Shown here one piece after another: positions 24,815-32,925 of a stretch of DNA of 48,878 bases. A model generated the notes under the pieces. The model made no database searches. It was not told the origin of the DNA and saw only the letters and a program-made list of their open reading frames with translations. Source of the stretch: Acidimicrobiales bacterium (GTDB taxonomy: Bacteria > Actinomycetota > Acidimicrobiia > Acidimicrobiales > Ilumatobacteraceae); NCBI GenBank assembly GCA_044871175.1, contig JBIOZN010000056.1, positions 1 through 48,878 of the forward strand, read 5' to 3'. Position numbers and translations under genes: made by a program. The number at the start of each line of letters is the position of its first letter. Position 1 is the stretch's first letter.

Positions 24815-25058
24815 TGGGGTTCCTTGCGTGTGGGTAGGGGGGGCGACCAGGCCACCCGCTCAAGTCGGGTGGGCACTCACCACGTCGCTGCTCGTCCCGG
24901 CATCCTCGCCCCGGAGGGCTGGTGTTCCCGGCGCCTAGCTTCGGCTCCTGCGCTTCCTGGTCGCTTGCGGCGACGTTTCCGTTGAGAGCGCCGGACCCGG
25001 AGCAGTCGATCCCCGCCGAGCGGTTCACCTCTCCGGACGCTTACCCGACGCCCTCAAC
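24815..25058 (-). promoter_or_regulatory. about 245-nt structured 5' leader (candidate cis-regulatory RNA / ncRNA)
   Basis: - Lies between promoter A and ATG 24814.
- 12-bp helix GUUGAGGGCGUC/GGCGCUCUCAAC; long-range GCGACCAGG/CCUGGUCGC.
- Hairpins CCACCCG-ACUUGAG-CGGGUGG and GCCC-UCCG-GGGC.
- A competing GUCGC-CGCAA-GCGAC hairpin. Confidence 0.45.
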
Positions 25059-25065
25059 ACCAGTC

Positions 25066-25095
25066 ACTCTAGCGTAAAGTAGCGCCCGGGCGCAA
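25066..25095 (-). promoter_or_regulatory. conserved sigma70-type promoter, copy A (TTGCGC-N18-TAGAGT)
   Basis: Minus strand: GTTGCGCCCGGGCGCTACTTTACGCTAGAGT. One of six near-identical copies. Confidence 0.65.
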
Positions 25096-25100
25096 CCCCG

Positions 25101-25304
25101 CTATTGTGGCTCTTTCGGAACCGGTTCGGGTGCCACCCGTCCCAGCAGCGTCCCCGGGGTCCCCTCGTCCACCAGTTCCAGCAGCCCGGCGGTGAACACC
25201 GACTCGGGCACCTCGTGATCCTCGGGCAGGTCCACCTCATCACCGGGACGCATGCCGTAGATGTTGGCCCGGGCCCGCACCCTCACCGCGTCCCCACCGC
25301 CCAC
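25101..25304 (-). CDS. hypothetical small protein
   Basis: ORF-track ORF. An alternative GTG 25286 forms a GTGA overlap with micro-ORF 25283..25351. Confidence 0.55.
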   Translation of the reverse strand: MGGGDAVRVRARANIYGMRPGDEVDLPEDHEVPESVFTAGLLELVDEGTPGTLLGRVAPEPVPKEPQ

Positions 25305-25351
25305 GCCACCAGCATCGTCACCGTCCAGATGAACACGACCCCGGTCACCAT
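25283..25351 (-). CDS. 22-aa hydrophobic micro-ORF (MVTGVVFIWTVTMLVAWAVGTR)
   Basis: ATG 25351. The stop overlaps a GTG of the next gene (GTGA). Below the ORF-track cutoff. Speculative. Confidence 0.25.
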   Translation of the reverse strand: MVTGVVFIWTVTMLVAWAVGTR

Positions 25352-25368
25352 CGTCAGGTGGGGCCGGT

Positions 25369-25848
25369 TCAGAGCGCCACGCGCAAGGTGAACGTGTAGC
25401 CGGCGCAGCCGCCCCCAGGATTCATGCACTCCATGTCGGGCGGGTCGAGCGCCTGGCAGCCGCTCACTTCGGTCGTCAGCCAGCCCTGCGACATCGCTGT
25501 CAGCAGGGCGCAGTAGATGGTCCATGCGTGACTCGTTATCCGCACGAAGTCCTCATCGAGACGGACTGCCGACGGAAACACCCCTTGGGCGTCAGGAGTG
25601 GCAACACACTCGCTCAACGTCAGCACATAGGTGGCGTTGGTGGCGTAGAAGCACTGGGCGAAGCCGAGCTGGCTGACCGAGGTGGGGGAGACGGGCGTCA
25701 GCGTGGCAACGCTGGGGACGTGGACGGCGAGCAGGTCGCAGCAGTCCAGCGGCGGCGCGCACAACGACCGGTACACCTGCATCGCCGCCGCCACCTCGGG
25801 GGGCAGGGCGGCCGCGGCGATGGAGAGGATGTCGGCCGCCACCGACAT
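25369..25848 (-). CDS. hypothetical head-tail connector-region protein
   Basis: Real part of ORF 25369..26085. Start is ATG 25848 or GTG 25866. Cys-containing, ordinary composition. Confidence 0.6.
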   Translation of the reverse strand: MSVAADILSIAAAALPPEVAAAMQVYRSLCAPPLDCCDLLAVHVPSVATLTPVSPTSVSQLGFAQCFYATNATYVLTLSECVATPDAQGVFPSAVRLDEDFVRITSHAWTIYCALLTAMSQGWLTTEVSGCQALDPPDMECMNPGGGCAGYTFTLRVAL

Positions 25849-25871
25849 GACGTCGGCCCGGACCACGGTCG

Positions 25872-26651
25872 TTACGGGGCCGGGCACGGTGCTGGCAGCC
25901 GCAACGGCCAGGCCACGTCGAGCGAAGTGAGCGTGGCCCGCCGCCGCAGCCCCTTCGGGTTGACCGCCCGCAGGAACCGGTCCACGGCGGGGATGCCCAT
26001 CACGTCGGTCAGCACCGACTGGTCGGCCATGTTGACGGTGACCCCCTGGCGGACCAGGTTGACCGTGCGGGGCGACACGGCGCACTCACCACCAGCGCAG
26101 CCCGCCGCCAGGTCGCAGGCCAAGGCGGCCGCCGCCATCACACCACTCGCCGGTGGCAGCCGGCCCCACGTGTACTCGGCGACCATGCGCGGCTCGGCGT
26201 CATCCAGCCCGGTGCAGGCCGGCCAGTGGGGCGTCACGTCCGGGTCGCCGCCCGCCGGCCGCACCCGGGTCAGCCAGCGGCCCGCGTCCAGCCGGTAGGT
26301 GGCCGGGTCGATCGGGGCGCCGTCAAGGGTGACAGCGGTGACCTCGACAACGTCCTCCCGGCTCAGCCGGTACCGGTCCATGCGACAGCAGCACGACTCC
26401 CGGTTGCATTCGCAGTCACGGCACAGGGCGTCCCGGCCAGTGCACAGGCCCGGGTAGCGCCGGCCCGACAGCCAGTACAGCAGCTCGGTGGCCGCCGTTC
26501 GCAGGGTGAGGGTGGCCGCCTCGAAGTCCTCCGGGGCGGCCGACTCGTCCCGGAGCCGCTCGATGGCGGGGCACGGGCAGACCAGCAGGTCGTCAGCCGT
26601 CAACCACAGTTGGCAGGGCCCGGGCGGGCACACGTCGGCCACGGGCGCCAT
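25872..26651 (-). CDS. head-to-tail adaptor (candidate)
   Basis: LYWLSGRRYPGLC…CRDCECNRESCCC…VEVTAVTLDGAPIDPATYRLD…WP matches the LSGRRFxG…C…V.vDG..l….Y.ld pattern of actinophage adaptors. Confidence 0.55.
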   Translation of the reverse strand: MAPVADVCPPGPCQLWLTADDLLVCPCPAIERLRDESAAPEDFEAATLTLRTAATELLYWLSGRRYPGLCTGRDALCRDCECNRESCCCRMDRYRLSREDVVEVTAVTLDGAPIDPATYRLDAGRWLTRVRPAGGDPDVTPHWPACTGLDDAEPRMVAEYTWGRLPPASGVMAAAALACDLAAGCAGGECAVSPRTVNLVRQGVTVNMADQSVLTDVMGIPAVDRFLRAVNPKGLRRRATLTSLDVAWPLRLPAPCPAP

Positions 26652-26662
26652 CTTGGCCTGTG

Positions 26663-27568
26663 TCAGGTGGCCCGGCCGGCTTCCCAGGAGTCGGCGTCCC
26701 AGTGCGCCTCACCGCCGGAGCCGGCGGTGCCGGTCTGCACGTACTGGCCGGTCGTCCAGGCGGTCGCCGGGCTGGCCGTCACCGACGACGACTGCAAGGC
26801 AGCCAGGCTGGCGGGCGGGGTGGCGCCGGACGGCGTCCACGTGCCCGGCGTGCCAGCGGTGGCGCCGGTGGCGGCGGCGGTCTCAGGCAGGTAGCCGCAC
26901 GTCGCCGGGGGCGGGCCGCCCGGGTCGAGCACCACGACGCCCACCTCTTCGGGATTCCACACGGCCGGGTCCCACGGCCAGTCGCCGTACGGGCCGCCGT
27001 CGGTCAGGTCGGCCAGGGCCGGGTTGGGTTCGGCGTAGCCCTCCACCGGGAGTGTGGTGATGTCGTTGTTGAGGGTGAGCGCGCCCGGCCGCAGGTAGGC
27101 GCGGCCCAGCACCGCCCGCCACCAGCGCCGACTGGACGCCCCACCGCACGCCGATCCCGTCGGGTCCACCGTCCGCACCCACATGTCCATGAGCACGCCC
27201 TCCGAGCAGGGCGCCTCCTTGCCGGGGGTGGCGAAACCGATGGCGTTGCCGTCGGCGTCGAGCTTGATGTTGTAGCCGAACACCAGGTCGTACAGGCCCT
27301 CGATGTCGTGCTTGCCGCACAGGGTCATGGCGATGTCCCAGCGGTCGGTGCCCGGCTTGACGCAGCCCTGCACCTTCAGACACTCGTTGTCGCAGGAGTC
27401 GGTGACCACCTTGGGTTCGACGTCGGTGAACGCCGGGGTCAGCTCGGCGTCGACGAAGCCCCAGTAGACGCTGGCGCCCACCGGCCCGCCCGTAGGCAGG
27501 CAGTTCTGGAGGCGGGTGAACCGCACGGCGCACAGGCCCTGCATGCCATAGCACTCGATCTGGGGCAT
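26663..27568 (-). CDS. major virion structural protein (major tail or capsid-associated; assignment uncertain)
   Basis: ATG 27568 after GAGGAGtcaaccc. The C-terminal TPGTWTPSGATPPASLAALQ…TAWTTGQYVQTG…AHWD..SWEAG is a domain I recall on actinophage major tail/capsid subunits. Confidence 0.6.
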   Translation of the reverse strand: MPQIECYGMQGLCAVRFTRLQNCLPTGGPVGASVYWGFVDAELTPAFTDVEPKVVTDSCDNECLKVQGCVKPGTDRWDIAMTLCGKHDIEGLYDLVFGYNIKLDADGNAIGFATPGKEAPCSEGVLMDMWVRTVDPTGSACGGASSRRWWRAVLGRAYLRPGALTLNNDITTLPVEGYAEPNPALADLTDGGPYGDWPWDPAVWNPEEVGVVVLDPGGPPPATCGYLPETAAATGATAGTPGTWTPSGATPPASLAALQSSSVTASPATAWTTGQYVQTGTAGSGGEAHWDADSWEAGRAT

Positions 27569-27584
27569 GGGTTGACTCCTCGGG

Positions 27585-28496
27585 TCAGGCCAGCGCGACG
27601 TTCAGGTGGCCGAAGGGGCAGTTGTCGAAGGCGATGGACGCCGGCCGGTAGGCGACCGCCCGCAGCATGTTCGTCTGGGGGGTGACGGTCCGGGTCGGGT
27701 CGGCGATCACGGTCGTCTCGCCGCCGATGAGCATGACGGTGCCGGTCACGTAGATGAACTCGCTGGCCGGCAGCGGCTCGGCCGTGATGTCGGTGTTCGG
27801 TTCCAGCCACACCTCGTCGGCCTCGGGAGGCTGGGGCCCCTCACCGGTGTAGCCGTAGCCGGCGATCACCAGGTGGTTGCCGACCCGGGTGCGGAGCTGG
27901 CCGGCGACGTCCCGGTACAGGCCCGCCGACGGGTGGCCCAGCAGGCGGGCCGCCATCTCCGGGGTCATGTGCAACACGAGGGTGGCCGCCCCGCACTTGT
28001 AGTTGCGGCGCGCCCAGTACTCCACCTGCGGCACGACGTCCTCGGCGGCGACCGGACCGGTGGCGATCTCGTTGGGTGACGAACACAGGTAGGTGCCGGC
28101 CGGCCAGGCCACCAGGCCCCGCCACAAGGCCCGTTCGGCGGCGACCGTGAAACAGGCGTCCATCTCCCGGCGCAACCGGCCTTCGACGTCGCGCGCTGCC
28201 CAGCCGGTGGTGGAGCACTCGTCTTGGATGGTCACCTCGAACGAGGTGCCTTCGGTGATGGTGCCGCCCGACGGCGCCGGCACGAGGGGCCGGGCGGCGC
28301 AGCCCAACGCCGTGACCACCAGTTCGGGGCAGGTCTCCGCCTCGTAGCCGAAGGCCCTGGTGGCGTCGAAACGGAAGGCGGGTTCGTCCCGCCCGACGGC
28401 GTTCCACAAGCCGTCGAGCGGGCCGTCCCGCAGCGGAGCAGGAATCGGGGTGAGGGCAACGCTGAGCGCCCGGGGCGCCATTTCGATCGCGCTCAT
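27585..28496 (-). CDS. HK97-fold-like capsid protein candidate (303 aa)
   Basis: ATG 28496 after GGAGAGGtagcaactc. Length and C-terminal pattern (…YVTGTVMLIGGETTVIADP…NMLRAVAYRPASIAFDN…) are capsid-like. Not verified. Confidence 0.6.
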   Translation of the reverse strand: MSAIEMAPRALSVALTPIPAPLRDGPLDGLWNAVGRDEPAFRFDATRAFGYEAETCPELVVTALGCAARPLVPAPSGGTITEGTSFEVTIQDECSTTGWAARDVEGRLRREMDACFTVAAERALWRGLVAWPAGTYLCSSPNEIATGPVAAEDVVPQVEYWARRNYKCGAATLVLHMTPEMAARLLGHPSAGLYRDVAGQLRTRVGNHLVIAGYGYTGEGPQPPEADEVWLEPNTDITAEPLPASEFIYVTGTVMLIGGETTVIADPTRTVTPQTNMLRAVAYRPASIAFDNCPFGHLNVALA

Positions 28497-28516
28497 GAGT
28501 TGCTACCTCTCCGGGT

Positions 28517-30220
28517 TCAGGCTGCGCCGCCGCCGCAGGTGATGGCCGTACCGGCCGGGGCCCGGGCGCCGCTCGGGCAGAGGTCGATGGTGATCGAAAG
28601 ACTGGTGCAGCCCAGCTTCGCCACGCCGACGAACTCCTCGGCGAACCACTGCGACTTGTTGGCGCTGACCAGCCCGGCGTCCCGGAAGAAGCCCAGGTTG
28701 AGTTCGCCACCGTCCAGGCCCACCATGGAGCCCTCCTCGTACATGAGGAGGTTGGCCGACGTGGGCAGGTCGGGCACGGCGGCCGCCGCCACTGGGGCGG
28801 TGTTGTAGCCGAGGTCGCCCGGGTAGCTCCACGTCACGTCGACACCCACCGAAGCCAGGGAGGCGGCGATCTGCGCCTCGGTGGCCTGGTACTGGTCGAG
28901 GCCAACACCCGACGGGGCCCGGAAGAAGTCGGTCTGGAGCGCCACCGCCACCCACGACGGGATGACCACCCGGTACCGGCGGTTGGACCGGTTGACGCCG
29001 GCCAGCCACTCGGCGGTGCGGGCCAGGCCGGCCAGCAGGTCGGGCAGCGCCCCCAGAGCGTCGGCGATGGTGACCTCGGTGGAGTGCGCCTTGATGGCGG
29101 CGAAGGTGGCCGCCTCCAGGGTGCGGTCGAGCATCGCGTACATGGTCGAGATCCACGAACGCAGGTACTCGGGGTTGAACCGCTCGATGCTGTTGGAGAC
29201 GGTGAGGCAGCCGTAGATGGCGTCAACGCATTCGGTGATGGCCGAGGTGCAGGTGACGTCGGCGCAGGTCTTGTTGGACGCCACCCCGCAGTCATCCACG
29301 CCCACGGCGCCCGCGGGCACGGTCGGCGGGCCCAGGTAGGTGATCTGGCCCCGGTTGGCGCCGATCTTGCGGAGCGAGTCCCAGATCGGGCGGCCCCGGT
29401 CGGAGCACACCATCACGTCGTACAGGGGTTGGGGCGGGCCGCACGGGGCGAGCGCCGCCGTCAACGCCCACGTCTCAGCCGTGGTGCGGGACAGATTGGG
29501 GGTGGCGCCCTCGGCCGCCGCCAGGAGGACGTCGGTGGCGTCCACGGTGGGGTCGGCGATGTAGGTGCCGTCGTCGGTGCGGTACCGGTCCAGCCAGCCG
29601 GCCGACGCCACCATCACCGTGTCCGAACCGGTGCGGCCGGCCCGGCGCATGCGGTCGGTGAACTCCGATGCCAGCCCGTCCCAGTCGGGGATGCGGCGGC
29701 CGGCGTCACCCCGCGATCCGCCAGCGGCGGCGTGCAGGCCGATGCGCTCTTCGGCGCTGACCGGCTCGGGGCTGGGGGCGGGCGACTGGCGGGCGAACTG
29801 GGCGAGGTCAAGCCGGGCGCGGGGCTGACGGGCGGCTGACGCCGGCACCAGGACCGGCTCGGCCTCGGCGGCCTCCTCCGGTTCCGGCTGGGCCTCGGCG
29901 GCTGGCCCCTGGGCTGCCGGCTCCGCTGCCTCCTCGGGCTGCTCGGGCGTGGCCTCGGCCGCCTCCGGGGTGGCGGGCCGCAACGTCTCCATCACACGGG
30001 CCCGGCGGGCCTCCATCTGCGCGCGCTGCTCGGCCCGGCGGGACATCTCGCCCCGCACCGCCGCCAGCCCGTTCTCCACCACGTCGAACGCATCATCGGT
30101 GGCGTCCTCGCTCTCGCACAGCTGCGTGGCACCGGCGATCAGCCGCTCCAGCAGTGCCGAAAGCTCCTCGGCGCTCAGACCGGTGAGGTCTTCGGGTACT
30201 TCGATCACGTTCTCGTCCAC
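28517..30220 (-). CDS. major capsid protein candidate with N-terminal scaffold-like (delta) domain
   Basis: - Trimmed from ORF 28517..30364 to GTG 30220 (GGAGGttccc upstream).
- N-terminal coiled coil plus a Pro/Glu/Ala-rich linker.
- C-terminal …LDGGELNLGFFRDAGLVSANKSQWFAEEFVGVAKLG… is capsid-like. Confidence 0.65.
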   Translation of the reverse strand: MDENVIEVPEDLTGLSAEELSALLERLIAGATQLCESEDATDDAFDVVENGLAAVRGEMSRRAEQRAQMEARRARVMETLRPATPEAAEATPEQPEEAAEPAAQGPAAEAQPEPEEAAEAEPVLVPASAARQPRARLDLAQFARQSPAPSPEPVSAEERIGLHAAAGGSRGDAGRRIPDWDGLASEFTDRMRRAGRTGSDTVMVASAGWLDRYRTDDGTYIADPTVDATDVLLAAAEGATPNLSRTTAETWALTAALAPCGPPQPLYDVMVCSDRGRPIWDSLRKIGANRGQITYLGPPTVPAGAVGVDDCGVASNKTCADVTCTSAITECVDAIYGCLTVSNSIERFNPEYLRSWISTMYAMLDRTLEAATFAAIKAHSTEVTIADALGALPDLLAGLARTAEWLAGVNRSNRRYRVVIPSWVAVALQTDFFRAPSGVGLDQYQATEAQIAASLASVGVDVTWSYPGDLGYNTAPVAAAAVPDLPTSANLLMYEEGSMVGLDGGELNLGFFRDAGLVSANKSQWFAEEFVGVAKLGCTSLSITIDLCPSGARAPAGTAITCGGGAA

Positions 30221-30305
30221 GGGAACCTCCGGGTGGGAAAGCACGAACACCAAGTGCCGGCCAACCCGGGCGACTAGGCAGACCCGGACCGCGACGTCAG
30301 GGCGC

Positions 30306-30334
30306 ATGGAAGCACGTTCGCCGGGCGCCCGCAA
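30306..30334 (-). promoter_or_regulatory. weak promoter-like element upstream of the capsid operon (TTGCGG-N17-TTCCAT)
   Basis: The -35 and flanking GCGCCCGG resemble the conserved promoters, but the -10 is poor. Lies in the 142-bp divergent intergenic region. Confidence 0.25.
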
Positions 30335-30362
30335 CGACCAAGGGTGTCTAGCGTGGGTGGGC

Positions 30363-30698
30363 ATGCCGCCCCGTCAGGCCACCGTCGATGTGCAACAAGC
30401 CGTTGACCTGTTGCGGACCGGGCAGCTCGCCTTCGCTGGGGAGGCGTTGCGGATGGCGCGGTGGTGCAACGAACGGCTCCACAACCCGTCGACCCAAGAC
30501 CCCGAACTGCTGCACGCCGAACGGATGGCGGTGGCGGCGGTGATGCGGGCCGCCGCCCAGGCCAACGCGTCGGTGGGGCGGCCGATGGCGAACGTGCTGC
30601 CACAGGTGAACGTGACCCTGGCCGCCGGCCCGGCCGCCCCTGCCATTGATGTCATGAGCCGGCTCTTGGAGGACATGGGCCTGCCGCCCGCGTCATGA
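30363..30698 (+). CDS. hypothetical protein, small terminase subunit by position only
   Basis: Trimmed from ORF 29949..30698 to ATG 30363. ATGA overlap with the terminase large subunit. Confidence 0.55.
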   Translation: MPPRQATVDVQQAVDLLRTGQLAFAGEALRMARWCNERLHNPSTQDPELLHAERMAVAAVMRAAAQANASVGRPMANVLPQVNVTLAAGPAAPAIDVMSRLLEDMGLPPAS

Positions 30699-32278
30699 CC
30701 GTGACCCGGTCGTGGGCGTTGCGGGCCGTGCAGGCGTTGGTGGCGGCCTGGCCGACGCTGCCCCCCGACTCGCACAGTGCCGCCCGCCGGTTGCACCGCG
30801 AACTGGTCGCGCTGGAGGCGCAGCAGGCCGGCTCCGCCGAAGCCGTCGGGCTCGTGCTGCAGTCACTGGTCGGCTCCGAGGAAGGGGCGGGCCCGGTGCT
30901 GGCGGGGGTGCGCCGCTCGTGGGCGTGGCGGGGCCGTGACGCCCAGCAGCCGCCGCCCGGGCCGTGGCTGTACTTCCTGGCGCTCGGGGGCCGGGGGGCC
31001 GGCAAATCGCAGACCGTCACCGAGTTTGCGTTGGCGATGGGCGGGGTGGCCGGGGCGGCCCTGCCCAACCTGCCGTTCATGCCCGGCTCGATCGGGGTGA
31101 TCCTGTCGCCCACCAACAACCTGGCTCGCAAGGTGACCGTGGAGGGGCCGTCGGGCCTGTTGCGGACCGCCGAGGGTTACGGGGCGGCGGCCCGTTGGAA
31201 GCCGACCGCGCTGGAGGTGGACCTGGGCAACGGCACCACCGTCCACGTCATGTCGGCCGAGAACCCTGACCGGTTGCGGGGCATCCAGTCGCACTGGACG
31301 GTCGTGGACGAGTTGGGGGCGTTCACCGACTTCGACGCCTGGAACCAGGTGCGTCTCCTCACCCGGCTCCCCATCCCCGGTGACCGCAACCGGATCATCG
31401 CCTCCACCACGCCCCGCCCGGTGGACCCGATCATCGAGTTGGACCGGCGGGCCCGGGAAGGCGACCCGGCGGTGGCGCTCAGCCGCATGACCACCTATGA
31501 GAACGCCGCCAACCTGGGCGAGGCGATCCTGACCGAACTGCGGGCCACCTACGAAGGCACGACGCTCGGCGCCCAGGAGCTTGAAGGGGTGCTGCTCGAC
31601 CCCGAGTCGCAGGGCGCCCTCCTCCAACCCCAGCACTTCCACTGGGTGGAATGGGATGAGGTGCCCCCGTTGGGCCGGGTCACCGTCTCGGTGGACCCGA
31701 CCATCGGCGGCGGCCAAGCCCACCACGACGAGTGCGGAGTGGCAGTGGTCGGGCGGTCCGGCAGCGACGGGTACGTGCTGGCCGACCTCAGCTTGCACGC
31801 CACCACCGAAGGCTGGTGCCGGGTGGTGGTCGACGCTGCCGTCAAGTACGACGCCGACGAGATCGTCTACGAAGGCAACGCCGGTGGCGACCTGATCCCG
31901 GCGATGCTGGCCCGCATCGCCATGGACACCGGGGAGACGCTGCCCCGGGTGCGGGCGGAACGGTCACGGGCCTCCAAGGTGGACCGGGCCCGGCCGGTGG
32001 CGCTCGCCTACGAACAGGGGCGCATCTTTCACGTTGGTGAACTGGCCGCCCTGGAACACGAGTGGGTGACGTGGATTCCGGGGGCCCGCGGCTCGGCCGG
32101 CCGCAGCCCCAACCGGATCGACGCGGTGGCGCAAGGGTTCATGGCGCTCGGGTTGGCGCGCATGCCGGGCCGGCCCGCCCGGGTGCACCGGGTGGGGGCG
32201 CCCGTCGGCCCGCCGCCAGCCGTCCCGCCGGTGGTGCCACGGCGGCGGTCGGCCGCCATCGTCATCCCCGGCCGCTAG
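30695..32278 (+). CDS. terL: terminase large subunit
   Basis: Walker A GGRGAGKS, Walker B-like WTVVDELGAF, C-terminal nuclease-like region. 527 aa. Confidence 0.85.
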   Translation: MTVTRSWALRAVQALVAAWPTLPPDSHSAARRLHRELVALEAQQAGSAEAVGLVLQSLVGSEEGAGPVLAGVRRSWAWRGRDAQQPPPGPWLYFLALGGRGAGKSQTVTEFALAMGGVAGAALPNLPFMPGSIGVILSPTNNLARKVTVEGPSGLLRTAEGYGAAARWKPTALEVDLGNGTTVHVMSAENPDRLRGIQSHWTVVDELGAFTDFDAWNQVRLLTRLPIPGDRNRIIASTTPRPVDPIIELDRRAREGDPAVALSRMTTYENAANLGEAILTELRATYEGTTLGAQELEGVLLDPESQGALLQPQHFHWVEWDEVPPLGRVTVSVDPTIGGGQAHHDECGVAVVGRSGSDGYVLADLSLHATTEGWCRVVVDAAVKYDADEIVYEGNAGGDLIPAMLARIAMDTGETLPRVRAERSRASKVDRARPVALAYEQGRIFHVGELAALEHEWVTWIPGARGSAGRSPNRIDAVAQGFMALGLARMPGRPARVHRVGAPVGPPPAVPPVVPRRRSAAIVIPGR

Positions 32279-32695
32279 TCAGACCGCCCACGAACGTTCC
32301 TGCCGGAAGCCCTCGGCGGCCTCGGCGGCCAGCGCGATCGCCGGGCCCGTGGGAATCAGGATGCGGGTCAGACCGGGCGGGGCCTGGGGCCCGACGCGCC
32401 AGGCCCCACCCAGCCCTCGCCACAATGCCACCTCGGCCGGCCAGTCCTCCACGGGGTCCGCCAACCCGCGCCAGACCGCCCCCACGAACACGGCCCGCAA
32501 CGGGATGGTGTCGGCGGCGGCGGCGATCACCGCCAGCCGGGCGACGTCATGCGTGCTCCACCGGCGCCGCGAGCCCGACCCGACGCCAGGCTGGGTGGGG
32601 GCGATGACCCCGAGGGCGATCCAATGGTCGATCACCCGGAAGGTGAGCCCGGTGGCGCGCGCCACCGCCGGGGTGGAGTGCATCACCACGGGCAT
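32279..32695 (-). CDS. MerR-like HTH DNA-binding protein
   Basis: Trimmed to ATG 32695 (ATGA overlap with the WhiB stop). ATGLTFRVIDHWIALGVIAP…RRRWSTHDVARL is MerR-type. Confidence 0.6.
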   Translation of the reverse strand: MPVVMHSTPAVARATGLTFRVIDHWIALGVIAPTQPGVGSGSRRRWSTHDVARLAVIAAAADTIPLRAVFVGAVWRGLADPVEDWPAEVALWRGLGGAWRVGPQAPPGLTRILIPTGPAIALAAEAAEGFRQERSWAV

Positions 32696-32925
32696 CACGC
32701 CACCTGCCGCCGCCGCTGCAACTGGCGCCGCTGGCGTTCGTTGCGGCCGCCCCACACGCCGAACTTCTCCCGCAGCCCGTAGGCGAGGCACTCAGCCGAG
32801 ACGCGACAGCCGGCGCAGATCTCCTGCGCCGGCCGAGGGTTGTCACCCCGGGAAGGGAAGAACAGTTCTGGGCTCATACCCCGGCAGGCAGCGTGCGCCT
32901 GCCAGGGCGGTCGTTCAGGGATCAG
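32695..32925 (-). CDS. whiB: WhiB-family Fe-S transcription factor, probably initiating at non-canonical CTG
   Basis: - The track ORF starts at ATG 32877, but the in-frame upstream sequence encodes W-QAHAAC-RG, the first WhiB Cys.
- No ATG/GTG/TTG occurs in that frame after the preceding stop.
- CTG 32925 has GGAGG 7 nt upstream and forms a CTGA overlap with the GGCT stop. Confidence 0.6.
   Translation of the reverse strand: MIPERPPWQAHAACRGMSPELFFPSRGDNPRPAQEICAGCRVSAECLAYGLREKFGVWGGRNERQRRQLQRRRQVA

Noticed and set aside
24429-25028. 199-aa ORF as a real protein or as a frameshift partner of the membrane-protein gene.
   Set aside because: Only the first ~40 codons look coding. The remainder is a Pro/Arg/His-rich shadow of the clearly real TM protein 24452..24814. 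No slippery site was found.
24815-25058. ydaO/c-di-AMP or glycine riboswitch in the long leader.
   Set aside because: Fragments such as GUAAGCG, GGUGAACC and GGAGAGG occur. However, the conserved cores (ACGGGG…GGGGUGAAUCC…CCGAACCCGUCAGCUAACC, or GGAGAG…CACCGAAGGGGCAA) are absent.
30340-30362. Leaderless plus-strand promoter (TAGCGT -10) for the small gene at 30363 and the terminase.
   Set aside because: The -10-like hexamer is correctly spaced from the ATG. However, there is no TTG-type -35 at 16-19 nt and it is not similar to the conserved promoter family. Left unannotated.
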